DNA of 64,000 bases from assembly GCA_963822585.1 (NCBI GenBank), contig CAWGIE010000019.1, positions 32,001-96,000 on the forward strand, in the 5' to 3' direction. Made by a program: the position numbers and the translations under genes. The notes beneath the pieces are model-generated. The model did no database searches. It saw nothing but the letters and a program-made list of their open reading frames with translations, and was not told where the DNA came from. Position 1 is the first letter of the stretch. Every line of letters starts with the position of its first letter. The DNA is from an uncultured bacterium (lineage in GTDB: Bacteria > Auribacterota > Erginobacteria > Erginobacterales > Erginobacteraceae). Shown here one piece after another: positions 29,464 to 41,208 of the stretch.

Positions 29464-30069
29464 ATGACCGAAGAAAAGAAAGAGATGGAAGAGGCCGCCG
29501 GACAAGGCGAGCCCGAACGGGAGGAAGAGGCGCCCGCTGTCGCTGAAGAAGCAGCGCCGGACACCGGAAGAAGCAGCGACGAGGCCGGGGAAGAGGCCCC
29601 CGCCGTCGCTGAGGCGGTCACCCCCGCCGCCGAGGAGACCGTACCGGAAGTCCGGGAAGAAGCCCCGGCCGCCGTGGAGGAAGCCGTTCCGGCAAAGGAA
29701 GAAGCCGCTCCCGCCGGGGAGGAATCCGCTCCGGCAAAGGAAGAAGCCGCTCCCGCCGTGGAGGAATCCGCTCCGGCAAAGGAAGAAGCCGCTCCCGCCG
29801 GGGAGGAACCCGCTCCGGCAAAGGAAGAAGCCGCTCCCGCCGTGGAGGAACCCGCTCCGGCAAAGGAAGAAGCCGCTCCCGCCGTGGAGGAAGAGCCCGA
29901 CGAGAAAGAGAAGAAGAAAAAAAAGATACGCCTGCTGAAGCTCCCGGAAGTTGAGAAGAAACTGGCCCGGGCCCGTCTCAAGATGGGCGGCGACGCATCC
30001 GTATACGTTAAACACCTGCTGGCCCGGAAAGCGGAACTGGAAGAAACGGTGGAAGAAGGTAATCAGTAA
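29464..30069 (+). CDS. acidic Ala/Glu/Pro-rich repeat protein with basic C-terminal domain
   Basis: RBS AAGGAG; five 14-aa (42-bp) AKEEAAPA(G/V)EE(S/P)AP repeats. Confidence 0.8.
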   Translation: MTEEKKEMEEAAGQGEPEREEEAPAVAEEAAPDTGRSSDEAGEEAPAVAEAVTPAAEETVPEVREEAPAAVEEAVPAKEEAAPAGEESAPAKEEAAPAVEESAPAKEEAAPAGEEPAPAKEEAAPAVEEPAPAKEEAAPAVEEEPDEKEKKKKKIRLLKLPEVEKKLARARLKMGGDASVYVKHLLARKAELEETVEEGNQ

Positions 30070-30158
30070 TCAGTAATCAGTAATCAGTCATCAGTCATCG
30101 GTAATCAAAGCTTTTGCCCCCGCTCTACTGATTACCGATCACCGATCACCGATTACCA
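30058..30158. repeat. heptamer inverted STR hairpin (GTAATCA / TGATTAC)
   Basis: Same family at 32121-32202 and 55330-55422. Confidence 0.8.
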
Positions 30159-30197
30159 ATGCCCCTTTTCAGGTTAACCTGAAAAGGGGTATGTCTT

Positions 30198-30575
30198 TTA
30201 ATGCCGGCTGATCTCCACGGCGCCGACGATCACGGCCAGCATGATCAGCGTGATCACGATCGCCGCCGTTTCGTTGGACATCAGGGATTCCCTGATCCCC
30301 TCCTGTGTTCCTCCGGCATACACCGTGGGGGGGGTGAACGCCATCACCTCGATCTCCTGAGTAGACATGACTTCCAGGAGTTCTTCGGCGCGGTCCCGCG
30401 CGATACCCCGTTCGAGCAGGTTGTCGAGAGCGTGGGCCTTGATAATCCCGGCATTCAGATCAAGCAGCGATCGGGAAGAAAGAAGCGCCGCCCGTCCCGG
30501 GGCGGGCAATAAGGCCAGCGGAGAGAAGACCAGAAGGGTAAACAATACTTTCCAGGTAAATGTGTTTTTTCTCAT
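30198..30575 (-). CDS. second PA2779-like protein
   Basis: Signal peptide, LLERGIARDRAEELLEVMSTQEI...YAGG then hydrophobic helix; similar layout to 13635-14021. Confidence 0.65.
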   Translation of the reverse strand: MRKNTFTWKVLFTLLVFSPLALLPAPGRAALLSSRSLLDLNAGIIKAHALDNLLERGIARDRAEELLEVMSTQEIEVMAFTPPTVYAGGTQEGIRESLMSNETAAIVITLIMLAVIVGAVEISRH

Positions 30576-30689
30576 AAAACAAATTTCTCCCTATAAATTA
30601 GCGGCTTCGCCGCTAATTTATACTACGTATTCTCATGCAATTAGTTCATTAACCGGTATTATTCATGAAAATTTTCACTATTCATGAAT

Positions 30690-30935
30690 AATCCAGGTTA
30701 CTGATTATCGTCCACTGTATTATGAATGGCAATCTTATTTATATGGCGACAATGCCCTGCTTTTTTTCTCCGAAAGAAGAACGTGATATTTTTCTTTTAA
30801 CGCTGTCGGCAAAAGTGGACCTTTGGTTATAATTCATTGCCGGGGAATTTGATAAAATTAATATTTTTCGTGTGTCTGTTTATTTACTCCCTGTCATGGT
30901 TCAAAACTAACCCGATTTATTCATGAATCGGGTTA
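30690..30935 (-). repeat. ~250-bp dispersed element, copy 2
   Basis: Reverse strand begins TAACCCGATTCATGAATAAATCGGGTTAGTTTTGAACCA and ends GGACGATAATCAGTAACCTGGATT. Confidence 0.7.
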
Positions 30936-31713
30936 CGGCAATCAAATCGGCGTGGATCCGGCGATTAGTGGCCACGACCGCTCCCCGGCGGACATCAAAC
31001 TCGCCCCCCGAAAAATCACTGGTCCGGCCCCCGGCCTCTTCAACCAGAAGCCGGCCGGCCGCGGTATCCCAGGGCTTGAGCCCGAACTCCAGGAAACCGT
31101 CCAGCCGACCCGCTGCCACGTAGGCCAGGTCGAGCGCGGCCGAGCCGTCCCGCCGCATCCCCTGGATGCGAGGAAGAAGGCGGCCGGCAATGGCCAGGGC
31201 CCGGGCGCGCTGCGCCCGGTCATAGGGAAACCCGGTAGCCAGGAGGGCGCCGTCCAGAGAGTTCACCCGGGAAACCGCCAGGGGCCGCCCGTTCAGAAAG
31301 GTCCCCTCCCCCCTGACGGCCTGGAACAGTTCGTCCCGGAGCGGGTCATAGACAACTCCCACGATGATCGCCGAGCGGCGCTCCAGAGCGATCGAGACCG
31401 AGTAAAAGGGGTATCCGTGCACAAAGTTGGTGGTTCCGTCGATCGGGTCGATCAGCCATACGCAGTCGGACTCCCCCTCCTCCTGGCCGCTCTCTTCGGC
31501 CAGGATCCGGTGGCCGGGAAAGGATTTCGAGAGAATGGAGATGATCTCCTTCTCCGCGGCCAGGTCGACCTCCGTGACCAGGTCGGTCGCCCCCTTGTGG
31601 TCGACCCGGAAGACTTGAGCGCCCTGTTCCCGGATGATGCTCCCGGCGGCGCGCGCGGCCTCCAGGGCCTTTTCTAACGCGGCATCCGTGAATAACTTTT
31701 CACTCTTCGGCAT
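30907..31713 (-). CDS. suhB: inositol monophosphatase
   Basis: DLVTEVD, EE, IDPIDGTTNF, ATGFPYD, GSAALDL, WDTAAG. Confidence 0.93.
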   Translation of the reverse strand: MPKSEKLFTDAALEKALEAARAAGSIIREQGAQVFRVDHKGATDLVTEVDLAAEKEIISILSKSFPGHRILAEESGQEEGESDCVWLIDPIDGTTNFVHGYPFYSVSIALERRSAIIVGVVYDPLRDELFQAVRGEGTFLNGRPLAVSRVNSLDGALLATGFPYDRAQRARALAIAGRLLPRIQGMRRDGSAALDLAYVAAGRLDGFLEFGLKPWDTAAGRLLVEEAGGRTSDFSGGEFDVRRGAVVATNRRIHADLIAVTRFMNKSG

Positions 31714-31794
31714 CTTTCAATTATCCTCGAAATACGGTCCGTGTTACTATATCCCAGCGTCCGCAATTTAAAAACGAAAAAGGAGAGGGAGATC

Positions 31795-32115
31795 ATGATT
31801 ACCATCGATGACTTCAGGAAGCTCCATCTTGTCACGGCGACCGTTACCGAAGTAAAAGACCATCCCGGCGCGGACCGGCTTTACCTGCTCACGGTCGATC
31901 TGGGCACTGAAGAACGGACACTGGTGGCCGGAATTAAAAAATATTACACGCCGGAGGAACTGCTCGGCAAACAGCTGGTTCTGGTCGAGAACCTGGAACC
32001 GGCCGTAATCCGGGGCGTGGAGAGCCGGGGAATGATGCTGGCCGCCCAGGACGGCGACCTCCTCTCGTTGGTGACTCTGGACCGGGAGATCAAGCCGGGC
32101 GCGACGGTGAGCTGA
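31795..32115 (+). CDS. tRNA-binding OB-fold protein (MetG C-terminal/CsaA/Trbp111-like)
   Basis: ITIDDF, HPGADRL, LVAGI, NLEPA.IRGVESRGM.LAA. Confidence 0.9.
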   Translation: MITIDDFRKLHLVTATVTEVKDHPGADRLYLLTVDLGTEERTLVAGIKKYYTPEELLGKQLVLVENLEPAVIRGVESRGMMLAAQDGDLLSLVTLDREIKPGATVS

Positions 32116-32202
32116 AGGACGGTAATCAGTGATCGGTGACCGGTAATCAGTGACAACACCGGTAACCGGCCAACCGATTACTGATTACTGATCACCGATT
32201 AC

Positions 32203-33300
<1,098 letters not shown>

Positions 33301-33357
33301 GCTTAAACCCTTTTTGATTTTTACCGTTTAATTTTTACTTTTGTAAAAATTATACTA

Positions 33358-33607
33358 TAACCCGATTTATTAATAAATCGGGTTAGTTTCAAACAATGCC
33401 AAAACTGGTATGGATCGCAATGATATAAGGGTATTATCTTATTGCACTCTCGTTCAATTACCTAGCTGAAAAACATCTATTATGTATAGCGTTATTGCGA
33501 GCAGAAATAAATTGTCGGCCGATCGATTAAGAGAAAACAGCCTGTTGTCGCCGCATAAAAGGGATTACTATACATATCATATTGAACAAAAAATAATAAA
33601 CTGGATT
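33358..33607 (+). repeat. ~250-bp dispersed element, copy 3
   Basis: TAACCCGATTTATTAATAAATCGGGTTAGTTTCAAACAA...; colinear with 4085-4332. Confidence 0.7.
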
Positions 33608-33764
33608 GACCGGGTTGATACCGTCTCGCTTGGGATCCGGGGGGGAAATAATAATAACGAAAAAACCGGATAGGTGGAAAACACGAAGAATAAATATATC
33701 CTTGTCTGCGCGATGGTCGGGGTGATCAGCCTGGTCGGGCTATTCGGACGGAGATCGGTGGCTT

Positions 33765-33876
33765 AAAAAAGAGGTCGAGGTGGAGTGGGATTCAGTGTTA
33801 ATCTGTGTAATCTGTGGTTAGTATAGGAGAAGAGGTAGAGGAGAACTATACGTTAATCCGTGTAATCTGCGGTTAC
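33765..33876 (+). repeat. G-anchor/STR-module array B
   Basis: AAAAAGAGGTCGAGGTGG and GGAGAAGAGGTAGAGG anchors, each followed by an ATCTGTGTA-type 9-mer module. Confidence 0.65.
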
Positions 33877-33889
33877 CGAGGAGGTTGAA

Positions 33890-34672
33890 ATGGATTTTGA
33901 GAAAGCCGTTAAAGAATTAAGCGAAAACTTCGACCGGGCCCTCAAGGCCAGTGACTTCTGGGAACCGATCTGCTGGCTTACCGAACATTTCCGCGAACGC
34001 GGACCGATCAAACTCTGGCTGGTCGGGGGAACGATCCGGGATTTCGTCCTCGAAACCTCGAACATGATCATCGACGTCGATCTGATGGTCGAGAACTGCC
34101 CTTCGATGGAAGTCCTTGAGGAAGTGATCACCGAGGGCGGGACCTTCAAGAAGAACATGATGGGGGGATACAAATGGTTCCCTGCCCCGGAAGCCGGCGG
34201 CAAGGAGGGCGGGGAGATCGACATCTGGCGGATCGAGGAGTCGATCGAGCCGGGAGACGAGCCGACTCCGGAGATGGGCGTCTCCCGCTTCGACCTCAAC
34301 ATCAATGCTCTCGGCTGGGATATCGCCGAGGAGAAGTTCATCAACCCTCTGGGCGGACTGGAGAGCATCCTCGACGAGGCGAAAACCGAGCCGATGGAAC
34401 TCTTGACCGAGAAGATCAAGCCGGGGAACGCCGGCCGCCTCATCCTCCGGGCAATCAAATATAGCCCCAAACTGGGCATTCCCCTGGGCGACGCGACCAG
34501 GAAGTGGATCACGGAGAACGAGAAGGAACTCGACACCCTCGACGCTGAAAAGATCCGCTACGTCATGCGCGCCATCGATTACAAGTCCATCGAGAAGGAA
34601 ATGTCCGCCTGCTGCGACGAGCTTTTATCCCCCGGGTACGCCGCCAAGGTAAAATCCGCCCTCTTTGGCTGA
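33890..34672 (+). CDS. poly(A) polymerase/CCA-adding-like class II nucleotidyltransferase (short)
   Basis: LVGGTIRD, DVD metal motif, RFDLNINALG, PLGG, RLILRAIKY; RBS GAGGAGG. Confidence 0.8.
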   Translation: MDFEKAVKELSENFDRALKASDFWEPICWLTEHFRERGPIKLWLVGGTIRDFVLETSNMIIDVDLMVENCPSMEVLEEVITEGGTFKKNMMGGYKWFPAPEAGGKEGGEIDIWRIEESIEPGDEPTPEMGVSRFDLNINALGWDIAEEKFINPLGGLESILDEAKTEPMELLTEKIKPGNAGRLILRAIKYSPKLGIPLGDATRKWITENEKELDTLDAEKIRYVMRAIDYKSIEKEMSACCDELLSPGYAAKVKSALFG

Positions 34673-34716
34673 GCGGACATTGCTTCCATTTAAAGCATTG
34701 ACTCGATTGGCGACCG

Positions 34717-34973
34717 AATATCGAACTTCGAACAAAAAAAGAATGAACGTTCAACACTCAACTTTCAACGTCCAACGTTCAATCCAATTCGTGTAATTCG
34801 CGAAATTCGTAGTTCCTGAACGGGGCCGGGGGCGGGGGGATTATTGGTGTAAATTAGTGTAATTCGTGGACTCAAAAAGGGGCCGCGGGGGGGGACAATC
34901 AGTATCATCTGTGAAATCTGTGGATGTAAAAGGGGGGGCGGCGGGGGGAGAATCCGCTTAATCCGCGGTTAAT
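34717..34973 (+). repeat. G-anchor/STR-module array C
   Basis: Heptamer AACGTYC run, then anchors at ~34819, 34874, 34928 separating different 9-mer modules. Confidence 0.8.
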
Positions 34974-36123
34974 ACCGGGGCCGGCGCGCCGAAGGTTATT
35001 TTCAGGTTCACGATCTCCGGGCGCGACCCGATCCGGACCGGCGGCCCCCAGGTCCCGGCCCCGCTGGTAACGTAGATCCGGGTATTCCTCTCCCGGGCAT
35101 ACCCCCAGCTTACCGGGTAGAGGGCGGCGACGACCAGGTTAATCGGAAAGAGCTGGCCGTGATGGGTATGCCCGCAGAGCAGGAGATCGACCCCGGCGGC
35201 GACCGCCTCCCCGATCCGGGCCGGCCGATGGTCCATGAGGATGACGGGACAGCTCGGATCGAGACCGGAGAGGATCTCCCGCAGGCTCCTGACGCTGCCG
35301 GCCCTTCCCCGGCGCGCGGAGTCTTCGCGGCCGGCCAGGTAGAAGCTCCCCCGATCTTGACCGCCCGGTCGCGGAGAAAAACAATGCCGAGGCCGGAGAG
35401 GTATTCCACCGACTCCTTCACCCCCGCGATGAACTCATGATTCCCGGTTACCGCGTAGGTGCCAAGCGGCGACCGGAGACGCTGGAGGATCCTTCCCAGC
35501 CCCCGCCTTTCCATCTCCCGGACGTCCATGTCCACGATATCGCCGCCGAGCAGGATCAGGTCCGGCCGCAGTCCGTTCACCTTGTCCACGATCTCGGACA
35601 GAAAGTCGCCGTCAAGCATGATCCCGGCGTGAAGGTCGGCCAAAAAGACCGCGTTCACCTCCTTCACCGGGCCGCAGGACGTCCGCAGCGGCAGGGGAAA
35701 ATCGATAACCCGGAGACTCCGGGCGTTGAGGTGCCCGGCCACAAGGAGGATAATCACCGCCGCGCCTGTGACCAGCAGGACCGCGCGACGGGTTTTTTGC
35801 GATATCCGCCAGAACCGGGCCGGGGGGACGTGAAAGATCCGGGCGATCAGCCGGAGAAGATCAAAGAGAAGCAGCAGGAGCGCCGCGTAGAAGGCGAAAC
35901 CGATCCACCACGATCCTATCTCCTGCAGCGTCTCGCTGGCGCCGGGGGAAAGAAATTTTTCCCCGAGGTGAGCCAGCATATAGCTGGAAAAGAGGAAGAT
36001 GACGGCAAACCCCACCGCCCATTGGAGAGCCCGGGAGGCGGGGAGGGCCTTGGTGACGCGGCGATAGAGATAAAGGCTCGAGAGCGCGTACAGCGTTAAA
36101 AAGATGATAACGATGAAAGGCAT
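34958..36123 (-). CDS. membrane metallophosphoesterase (YkuE-like), frameshift ~35350
   Basis: ADLH, GGDIVD, GNHE in ORF 35110-36123; DHRP, GHTHHGQ, GTWGPPVR in ORF 34958-35236; G-run at the break. Confidence 0.9.
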
Positions 36124-36620
36124 GTTACAAGTTAGCGCCTCCGGCGCAACTTGTAGTGTAAAGTGTAAGGTGTAAAGTGTAAGGGGGCCTTTTCCCCTTT
36201 GCCCTTCACTTCACGCTACCATTTTTCGACATTTATTGAAATTCCGAAGCATCAAGTTAGCGCCTTCGGAGTAACTGGGGAACGGTTATGGTGACGAGGC
36301 CCGTTTCGGCAGCCGGTTACGGTTACATGCTCCCAGCGGGGCGGCCTTTACCGTTACCCTCACCGATACGGGCTTCGTTACCCTTACCGTTACCGTTTTT
36401 AAAATTCCGAAGCAGGAACTTAGCTTCGTAACTTGAATTGTAGTGGGCAAGCTGACTCGACCGGATGAAGGTACAGTATTGTAAACTAAATGCCTGAAGT
36501 TACTATAAATTCCTTCCCGCCGCAACTCCCCGGCCGTTTTTCCGGCTTGACCGGCGGACCGGGGGGGAGATACCCTTGGCTCCAGCCCGGGAAAAATACT
36601 ATCACCAACCATTGATAACC

Positions 36621-37178
36621 ATGAGCAACCCCATAACAATCTCGACCCCCCTGCGAGAAACCGATATCCGTTCCCTCCGGATCGGCGACCGAGTCCTGAT
36701 CCGGGGAACGGTCTATACCGCCCGGGACGCCGCCCACCGGCGTTTCCGGGAATTGATCGCGGAGGGCAAAGAACTGCCGATCGATCTCACCGGCCAGATC
36801 ATCTATTATACCGGACCCGCCCCGGGGCGGCCCGATGAAGTCATCGGCCCGGCCGGACCGACCACTTCCTCCCGAATGGATCCCGATACCGTCCCCCTCC
36901 TGGAAGCGGGGTTAAAGGGGATGATCGGGAAGGGTGACCGGGGGCCGGAGATCGTCAGGGCGATCCGGGAACACGGAGCCGTTTATTTCGCGGCCACCGG
37001 CGGGGCGGCCGTTCTCCTCTCCCGGAAAATCCGGAAGAGGGAGCTGGCGGCCTACGGGGACCTGGGACCGGAAGCGGTCCTCCGTCTGGAAGTAACCGAC
37101 TTCCCGGTCATCGTGGCCATCGATTCCTCGGGCCGCAATCTTTACCGGGAAGGCCCGAAAAAATACAAGAAAGTGTAG
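36621..37178 (+). CDS. Fe-S hydro-lyase beta subunit (fumarate hydratase class I beta)
   Basis: YTARDAAH, GPTTSSRMD, MIGKG, GGAAVL, DLGPEA. Confidence 0.95.
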   Translation: MSNPITISTPLRETDIRSLRIGDRVLIRGTVYTARDAAHRRFRELIAEGKELPIDLTGQIIYYTGPAPGRPDEVIGPAGPTTSSRMDPDTVPLLEAGLKGMIGKGDRGPEIVRAIREHGAVYFAATGGAAVLLSRKIRKRELAAYGDLGPEAVLRLEVTDFPVIVAIDSSGRNLYREGPKKYKKV

Positions 37179-37379
37179 TATCGTCCTTTACTCCGTGAAG
37201 GACTTGTAGGATCAGAATGCCTCCGGCATTCTTTGTGGGAACTGTAGGATCGCTTCGCTTGCGGTTCAGCAAGCCTTGCCTCCGGCAAGGCGATACTACA
37301 TTTACCACATCTACTGCAAGTCCTGAACGGAGTGAAGGACGATCCTACATAAATTTGCGAGCTGAGCGAGTTAATTTAT

Positions 37380-37887
37380 ATGATCCACGTCTACACCGGA
37401 GACGGGAAAGGGAAGACCACCGCCGCTCTCGGCCTCGCTCTCCGGTCCCTGGGATGGGGGAAGCGGGTCTGCCTGATCCAGTTTCTGAAGGCGCAGGCCA
37501 GCGGAGAGGTCGAGGCGCTAACCCGGTTCGAAAATTGCCGGGTCTTCCGCTTCGGGAGCAGGGAATGCCTCCTGGATCGTCCCGTCAGCCGGGAAGACCG
37601 TCGGGCAGCGCGGGAAGGCCTGAAACGGGCGGAAGAGATTCTGCGGGAAAAGGCGGCCGATCTCCTCATCCTGGATGAGATCAACGTCGCAGATAGACCT
37701 GCGACTGCTGGAGATGGACGGGTGCGAAATTTGATCGAGATATGCCCGCCCGCCGTTGAAATGGTTTTGACCGGGAGAAACTGTCCGGCCGAGATTCTTG
37801 CCGTTGCCGACTACGTCAGCGATGTCCGGGAGATTACCCATCCCTACCGGAAAGGAATCGCCGAACGGCAGGGGAATTGAATACTGA
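37380..37887 (+). CDS. cobO: cob(I)alamin adenosyltransferase (CobO/BtuR), locally garbled or frameshifted
   Basis: IHVYTGDGKGKTTAALG, IQFLK, LILDEIN, VLTGR; terminal GIEY* in shifted frame. Confidence 0.88.
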
Positions 37888-38014
37888 GACGCCCGGGAGA
37901 GATCAAGCACTTCCCTGCCGGTTATCCTTGATTACGGGTGCCGTCTCTGCTATCTTTCTTCCCGGTTAATCAAACATTTGCGCCGAAGGCGCACTTTTAT
38001 AAAGGAGAACAGCC

Positions 38015-39004
<990 letters not shown>

Positions 39005-39317
39005 GCTGGAACAATGGCCCTGATCTACCGATATCTGTAGGGTATGTACAAAAGCATCAACTATACATTGAGCAAATTACAAATCCCAATTCCCAAATAA
39101 CAAACAAATTACAAATTCTCAAATTCAAAATTCCAAAACCGCCGGAACGGACTTGGATTTGCCAAGGTGCCTCAATGAAACTATATAGTCTTTGTAAGTT
39201 GATGAAGATTATTCCCCGGATTCTGGCAACCTGTTTAGAATTTCGGTAATTGGTATTTGTGATTTATTTGGGATTTAGTGCTTATGATTTGGGATTTAAA
39301 TTACTGAAATAACTAGT

Positions 39318-40124
39318 ATGAAAAGAATCATAGTTTGGGAATTCGCTCTGGGCATTTTTATAGCCCTCCTCTCCCTCTCCTGTGCCCGTTCCACCGTTCT
39401 GCTCCGGGGTGACGAAGCGGAAGAGTACCTGGTCGATAACAACCACCTGATCGCGCCGGGGTACTATACCTACGGGGAGATCAAGAACCGTCAGAGCGGC
39501 GTTCTGACGGCGGCCGTCTTCAATCGTCTCCGGGGTGGTGAAAACGACGGTAAGATCGAGTTTGTGCGGCGGGACCTGGGCGGCGGTTACCACGCGACTG
39601 ACACCCCCTATAATGTCATCCTGCTGAACGCGCCCGGCGGAGAACGGGGAACGGAGCCGACAAACGAGGATATGGAGAGGATCCGGAAGAACAAACTGAG
39701 CCCGGTCGTTGTTCTGAATGACGGCGGGGAAGAGGTGGCGGTGGTCTTTAAGCCGGCCAAACAGAACCTGGCGGTTTTTATCCGGAAGGGAGGCCTGATC
39801 CGCCTGGAAATCGGGCAACGGGAGACGAATCAGGGGGATATCGTTTATTCCCTGGATATAGGAAAAGCAATGAAATCAACCAAGAAGGCCCCTCCCCGGA
39901 GGGAGCCCCAGCCTAAAGAGGAGAAAAAAATCATGAGTGAGATTAAAACCGGCGATCTGGTCCAGTGGGAGACCGGCAACAAAACCCGTGTCGGCGTGGT
40001 CAAGGAAGTACGGGAGGATGGAACATCAGTCATCAATATCCCCACGACCTATGGTTCGCGGGAAGAGACGATCAAGACCGACCGGCTGAAAGTCATCACC
40101 TCGACCATCGAATCGGACAAATAG
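39318..40124 (+). CDS. hypothetical lipoprotein
   Basis: Lipobox SLS-C; 268-aa ORF with a small beta-rich C-terminal module. Confidence 0.7.
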   Translation: MKRIIVWEFALGIFIALLSLSCARSTVLLRGDEAEEYLVDNNHLIAPGYYTYGEIKNRQSGVLTAAVFNRLRGGENDGKIEFVRRDLGGGYHATDTPYNVILLNAPGGERGTEPTNEDMERIRKNKLSPVVVLNDGGEEVAVVFKPAKQNLAVFIRKGGLIRLEIGQRETNQGDIVYSLDIGKAMKSTKKAPPRREPQPKEEKKIMSEIKTGDLVQWETGNKTRVGVVKEVREDGTSVINIPTTYGSREETIKTDRLKVITSTIESDK

Positions 40125-40626
40125 CGGACGCTTCAGGAGCCGGTGATTCGAGTTTGGAACGATACCACTCACGACATCCCGGAAGAGAGCAGCGGTGGAG
40201 TAGTGGAATGGTGGAATAAGGGACGGAACCGGTAAGCCGGAATCCACCACTCCATTATTTCATCACTCCAGTATTCTATTTTATCCCCGATTCTTTCAGG
40301 CCATAATACAGATTGTTCTTATACAACGGGAGCAAACCCTAAATTCTAATTTCTAAATCCTAAACAAATCCAAAATCCTAAATCAAAATGCTCAAAACCG
40401 ACTCGAACGGGGGCTGGAAGCCATTGCTATCGATCTCTTCTTGAATAGCGCCTTCCGAGTAATGGTTTTTTGTACTAATAGACTAGAGGCTTTAATGCTC
40501 GTTTTGGTCATTGGGATTTCGATATTGTTTCGAATTGAGAAATTAGGGTTTAGGATTTTTTATAATCGGGAATGCTGTGTATTCCCTAACCAAAGATAAA
40601 TCCATAAACTTATCCAGGACTCCTAT

Positions 40627-41085
40627 ATGTTAATAAGCGTCATTGGCGGGAATCGGGCCGAGCCCGAAATGCTCCGGGCGGCCGAGAAACTCGGCGGCGA
40701 GCTGGCAAAACGAGGCCTGACCGTCATCTGCGGCGGCCTGGGCGGGGTCATGGAGGCGGTCTGCCGGGGCGCCAAAAAGGCCGGGGGGATGACGGTGGGC
40801 GTTCTCCCCGGAAACCGCGCCTCGTCAGCCAACCCTTACGTCGATATCCCGATCGTGACCGGGATCGGCCTGGCCCGGAACGCGATCGTCTCTCTTTCGG
40901 GAGAAGTGGTGATCGCCGTGGACGGGAAATACGGGACACTGACCGAGATCGGTTACGCGCTGATTGCCGGGAAAAAAGTAATCGGGATCGGGACCTGGGA
41001 CATTTCGGGCGTGATCCCGGCCGGGAGCGTGATACACGCCCTCCAGCTTCTGGACGAACACCTTCATCCGGACAAAAAAAAATAA
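40627..41085 (+). CDS. TIGR00725-family (LOG/Smf-like) protein
   Basis: ICGGLGGVMEA, IVTGIGLARN, GKYGTLTEIG. Confidence 0.9.
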   Translation: MLISVIGGNRAEPEMLRAAEKLGGELAKRGLTVICGGLGGVMEAVCRGAKKAGGMTVGVLPGNRASSANPYVDIPIVTGIGLARNAIVSLSGEVVIAVDGKYGTLTEIGYALIAGKKVIGIGTWDISGVIPAGSVIHALQLLDEHLHPDKKK

Positions 41086-41208
41086 AACCACGAAGGACAC
41101 GAAGATCACGAAGAATTATTTAAGGAAGCGGATCTACTTATCGATCTTCGTGTCCTTCGTGGTGTATTCCCTTCGTGGTTGTGGATCCCGCCTCGAAGAA
41201 ATAGAATT

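Noticed and set aside
33482..33766. 63-aa ORF 33482-33673 and 30-aa hydrophobic ORF 33674-33766
   Set aside because: The first lies in the 250-bp element and its frame has stops in the 4085 copy; the second is too short to support
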